This document shows, piece after piece, positions 60,552 to 64,000 of a stretch of 64,000 nucleotides of DNA (position 1 is the first letter of the stretch; each line of letters starts with the position of its first letter). Source of the DNA: an uncultured Chloroflexia bacterium (lineage in GTDB: Bacteria > Chloroflexota > Limnocylindria > Limnocylindrales > CSP1-4); contig CAVTHS010000006.1 of assembly GCA_963734535.1 (NCBI GenBank), positions 160,001 to 224,000 of the forward strand, in the 5' to 3' direction. The notes under the pieces were generated by a model, which saw only the letters and a list, made by a program, of their open reading frames with translations, ran no database searches and was not told the origin of the DNA. The position numbers and the translations under genes are program-made.

Positions 60552-60631
60552 GCTCCGTAGACTCTACGGCGCGGGAGATCGCCCGGCGTTGCCGGGCATG
60601 GCGGGGCTCTCGCCGTACCGGGAGGCTCGGC

Positions 60632-62737
60632 ATGCCAGGTCGACCGCAGCACCGCCGACGCGGTGCGGCGCTACCGACCCGACGGCGAATGCCGTCGGGT
60701 ACGGAGTGCGGACCGAGCAGGTGCGGATCCCGATGGACGACGGCGTCCGCCTGGCGGCCACGCTCTATCGCCCGGACGCGGCAGGGCCCGTTTCCCGCGC
60801 TGCTCGAGTCGATCCCGTACCGCAAGGACGACTGGACCCTCACCCGCGACTGGCCGCTCCACGGCGCCTTTGCCGCGGCAGGCTACGTGAGCTGCCGCCT
60901 CGACGTGCGCGGGACGGGGAGCTCGGAGGGTGTGGCCGAGGGCGAGTACCCCGAGCGCGAGATCCTCGACAACCTGGCGGTGATCGACTGGCTGGCAACG
61001 CGCGCCTGGAGCACCGGCGGCGTGGGCATGTTCGGGATCAGCTGGGGTGGGTTCTCGGCGCTCCAGGCCGCGGCGAGGCGACCCGCGGCGCTCCGCGCGA
61101 TCATCCCGGTCCACTTCAGCCACGATCGCTACAACCTCGATGTGCACTACGTCGGCGGCACGCTCCACGTCGGGGAGAGCGTCTACTGGCCCGTCGAGAT
61201 GGTGGGCGAGAACGCGCTGCCGCCCGACCCCGAGCGATTCGGGCCGGGCTGGCGCGAGGAGTGGCTGCGTCGCCTGGAGGCCACGCCGCAGTGGCCGCTT
61301 CGAGTGGCTGCGCCACCAGCGCCGCGACCCGTTCTGGCGGGCCGCATCGATCGGCGAGGAGTGGGCGGCGATCGAGGCTCCGGTCCTCGCGATCGGCGGG
61401 CTCAACGACGGCTACCGGGACGCGGTCCTCGCCGTGCTGGAGCACGTCCGGGCGCCCCGGCGCGGCGTCATCGGGCCGTGGGGGCACGCCTGGCCGCACG
61501 ATGGCTCGCCGGGGCCGTCGATCGACGGTGTCGGCCTGATGCGACGCTGGTGGGACCGCTGGCTCAAGGGCGTGGCCGACCCAGGCGGCGTGGACCGCGG
61601 AGCCGATGCTCTCGCTCTACGTGGTCGAGCCGCCCGGCACGGCCGAGTTCCCGGCCGAGCTCCCCGGGCGGTGGTGGCATCTCGACCACTGGCCGCCCTC
61701 GCCCCGGATCGCGACGCTTCCCCCGCTCTTCCTCGAGGGCGACGGCGCGGCCGGCCTCGGGTCGCTCGCCGGGGAGCCGGCCGCGTCCGGGGACGCCGCC
61801 ACGTCCACCTGGGTAGGCCCGCCGGACGTCGGCCTGTGCGCCCCGTTCTGGTGCGGCTACGGCTATCCGCCGCAGGGCGTGCCCGGCGACCAGCGGGCCG
61901 ACGACGCACGCTCGCTCCTGTTCACGTCCCCAGCCGCTCGAGCGACCCGTCCTGGTCGCCGGGATCCCGCACGCGCGGCTCTGGCTCTCGGCCGATCGGC
62001 CGGTGGCACAGGTCGCGGTGCGCCTCGAGGCGGTGGCGCCCGACGGGCGATCCGCGCTCGTCGCGCGCGCCGTGCGGAACCTGACTCGCCTCGACCCGGC
62101 CGGGGAGGTGCCCGCGCCCCTGGTCCCGGGCGTGCCGGTCGAGGTCGACCTGCCGCTTTCGGCCGCCGGCGCCCGGATCCCGGCCGGATACCGGCTGCGG
62201 GTCGCGATCGCCGGTGCGGCGTTCCCGATCGCGTGGCCGACGCCGACGCCCGTCGCGCTCACGCTCCACCACGACGTCGGCCGTCCATCGGCCCTGCGCC
62301 TGCCACCGGCCGTCGGATGGTCGTCGGAGCACGGGCCGGACCTGGGACGGCCGGCCTTCGAGCCGTCGTCGAGCGAGGCGATCCCGGGGATCCCGGCCGC
62401 CTGGCGGATCGAGCGCGATGGTGTGGCCGGCATCACGTCGCTCATCTGCGAGTCTGGCGGCGGGGATCGCTTCCCGGAGCGGGGAGGGCTCGTGTTCGCG
62501 GCGGATGCCCGCTACCGGATGTCGGTGGCGGACACCTTCGCGGCATGTCGCGCCGAGGGGACCATCTGCTACCGGCTCGCGTATCCGGGCGGCCCGGAGA
62601 TCGTCGCCGACGCGAGCCTGGCGCTCGAGTCGGACGCCGACGAGGTTCGGCTTCGCGTGACGCTGGTGGTCACCGAGGATGGGGCGCCGGTCTTCGATCG
62701 GGTATGGGAGCAGGCCGCGCCGCGCGACCTCCTCTGA
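60632..62737 (+). CDS. CocE/NonD family serine hydrolase (several frameshifts)
   Basis: IPMDDGVRLAA, PYRKDD, DVRGTGSSEG, GISWGG nucleophile, GPWGH, C-terminal jelly-roll segments spread over several frames. Confidence 0.85.
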
Positions 62738-62815
62738 TCGCCGGCCGTCCCGCCCGCGGCCGCGTACAGGCCTGCGGCCGCGTACGATGCGATTCGAGCG
62801 AGAGGAGACCCTCGA

Positions 62816-62938
62816 ATGCCAGAGCGCGCCGTCGTGGCGGATGCCAGCGACGACCCGTACGCCGACGAGCCGGCCACGCACGACCTGGTCGGGCCCGGCA
62901 TCGGCAATGCGGGCTGCTCACCCGACCCGGAGGCCTGA
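62816..62938 (+). CDS. Putative 40-aa acidic peptide
   Basis: RBS GAGGAG (62802-62807), TACGAT upstream; MPERAVVADASDDPYADEPATHDLVGPGIGNAGCSPDPEA*. Confidence 0.45.
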   Translation: MPERAVVADASDDPYADEPATHDLVGPGIGNAGCSPDPEA

Positions 62939-62944
62939 GCCGTC

Positions 62945-63428
62945 GTGGACGGTGCGCGCCTGCCCGCGCTCGGGCCGCGCGGCGAGGGCTGGGTGGCGCT
63001 CCAGGTCGTCGCCTTCGCCTGCGTGGGCGCATGCAGGGCTGCTTGGCCCCGCCTGGGGCGAGCCGTGGCGGGACGTCGGCCTCGTCGCGGGTGGAATCCT
63101 GGCGGTCGCGGGCGCCGTCATTGCCGTGCTCGGCCTCGTCGGCCTTCGCGAGAACCTGACCGTGGTCCCGCGCCCGATCGAGGGCGGCCGGCTCATCGAC
63201 TCCGGCGTGTACGGCATGGTCCGCCACCCGATCTACACGGGAATCATCACGGCCGCGCTCGGCTGGGGGCTGGCGACGGCGAGCCCGGCCGCGCTGGTCT
63301 CGGCAGTGCTCCTCGGCGCCTTCTTCGACCTCAAGGCCCGGCGCGAGGAGGCATGGCTGCTCGCCGCGTATCCGGGGTACGCCGCCTACCGGGCCCGGGT
63401 TCGCAAGCTGGTGCCGTTCATCTACTGA
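62945..63428 (+). CDS. Isoprenylcysteine carboxyl methyltransferase / PEMT family membrane protein (frameshift near 63030)
   Basis: LPALGPRGEGWVALQ; LIDSGVYGMVRHPIYTG...REEAWL...YPGYAAY. Confidence 0.88.
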
Positions 63429-64000
63429 CGCCCGGCGACCGCGCCGCCGCGTCCGGCGCGCCGCCGCCGGTCGACACGCTGGCGTCGGAAGACGTGCTAC
63501 CGGTCGAATCGCCGCCGATGGCGGTCGCGCCGCGGGCGGCCCGGCGCAGGCGGTCCATGACCGCCCGACCAAGGCCGGTGTCCGGGATCGGCTCGGCCAC
63601 GATCCGCGAGAGGTCGGCGGCGTCGAGCGCGTGGAGGGCGTCGAAGAGGCGGGCCGCCGCCCCCACGGGGTCGCCGCCGCCGTCGAGGACCTCGATGGCC
63701 GCGTACGGTCCCCCGATGAGCCTCCGCCGCCGCCCGGCCCGCGTCGGACGCGGCGAGCAGGCCGACCCGCTCCCCGGGGCGCACCGCGAACGCCGCCGCG
63801 TCTGCCGGGTCACGCGGGTCCGCCAGCTCGAGCGGGGCGCGGGGCGCGTAGTGCGCGCCCGCCCGCCCGGGTGCAAGCTCGGCCGTGCCCGGGACCCCGT
63901 CGACCGGGACCTCCAGCGGTCCGATCTCCGCCTCGATCGCCTCGACCGCGAGGCCGCCGGGGCGAAGGAGCACGGCCCGGCCCGCCGCGAGCAGGATGAC
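63418..64000 (-). CDS. tsaC: L-threonylcarbamoyladenylate synthase (Sua5 type), C-terminal part (frameshift near 63720)
   Basis: LLRPGGL...APG...HYAPRAPL; AARLFDALHALD...GLGRAVMDRLRRAA. Confidence 0.88.
   Translation of the reverse strand, partial: SSCSRRAGPCSFAPAASRSRRSRRRSDRWRSRSTGSRARPSLHPGGRARTTRPAPRSSWRTRVTRQTRRRSRCAPGSGSACSPRPTRAGRRRRLIGGPYAAIEVLDGGGDPVGAAARLFDALHALDAADLSRIVAEPIPDTGLGRAVMDRLRRAARGATAIGGDSTGSTSSDASVSTGGGAPDAAARSPGVSR

Noticed and set aside
825-60560. Long antisense or alternate-frame ORFs (e.g. 825..3872, 10010..12463, 52374..54857, 57453..60560)
   Set aside because: Arg/Pro/Gly-rich shadow ORFs typical of high-GC DNA, overlapping well-supported genes
3040-63730. Frameshifts as programmed recoding, phase variation or mass pseudogenisation
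   Set aside because: Scattered small indels in ~11 unrelated genes, including sua5 and the S-layer gene, with no nonsense codons in the joined frames and no slippery motifs; long-read consensus errors are most likely. Needs read-level checking.

Overview
High-GC (~70%) bacterial chromosomal segment. The gene repertoire (TPR/acidic-tail protein, degenerate methylase-like protein, XRE-endonuclease-like gene, cyclase-STAND-TPR protein, ThyX) suggests Chloroflexota, possibly Limnocylindria/Ellin6529; this is an inference. Left end (1-12.2 kb): a cell-surface locus with a priming glycosyltransferase, an O-antigen-ligase/O-OTase-like protein, a lipoprotein carrying a copy of the S-layer N-terminal domain, an ECF sigma/zinc anti-sigma pair, a probable S-layer protein and two Ig-like exported proteins. 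The last three share a basic C-terminal domain. Middle: Mg2+ transport pair with a structured leader, GGDEF protein, PolX-PHP, TPR protein, an apparently inactive methylase/nuclease-fold protein ending in a beta-clamp-like motif (QLPLF), two DUF885 paralogs, ABC exporter/TetR, a MazEF-like TA pair, amine catabolism genes, an Acs lacking the catalytic Lys, and a REC-MinD-like ATPase with a coiled-coil protein. Right end: moaA, a candidate ~148-nt structured sRNA, thyX, signalling genes, hydrolases and sua5. Intergenic DNA holds two diverged copies of a 227-bp element with terminal inverted repeats, other box-type palindromic elements and many short tandem repeats. About 11 genes are broken by small indels, probably sequencing errors. 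No rRNA, tRNA, CRISPR array or transposase was seen.
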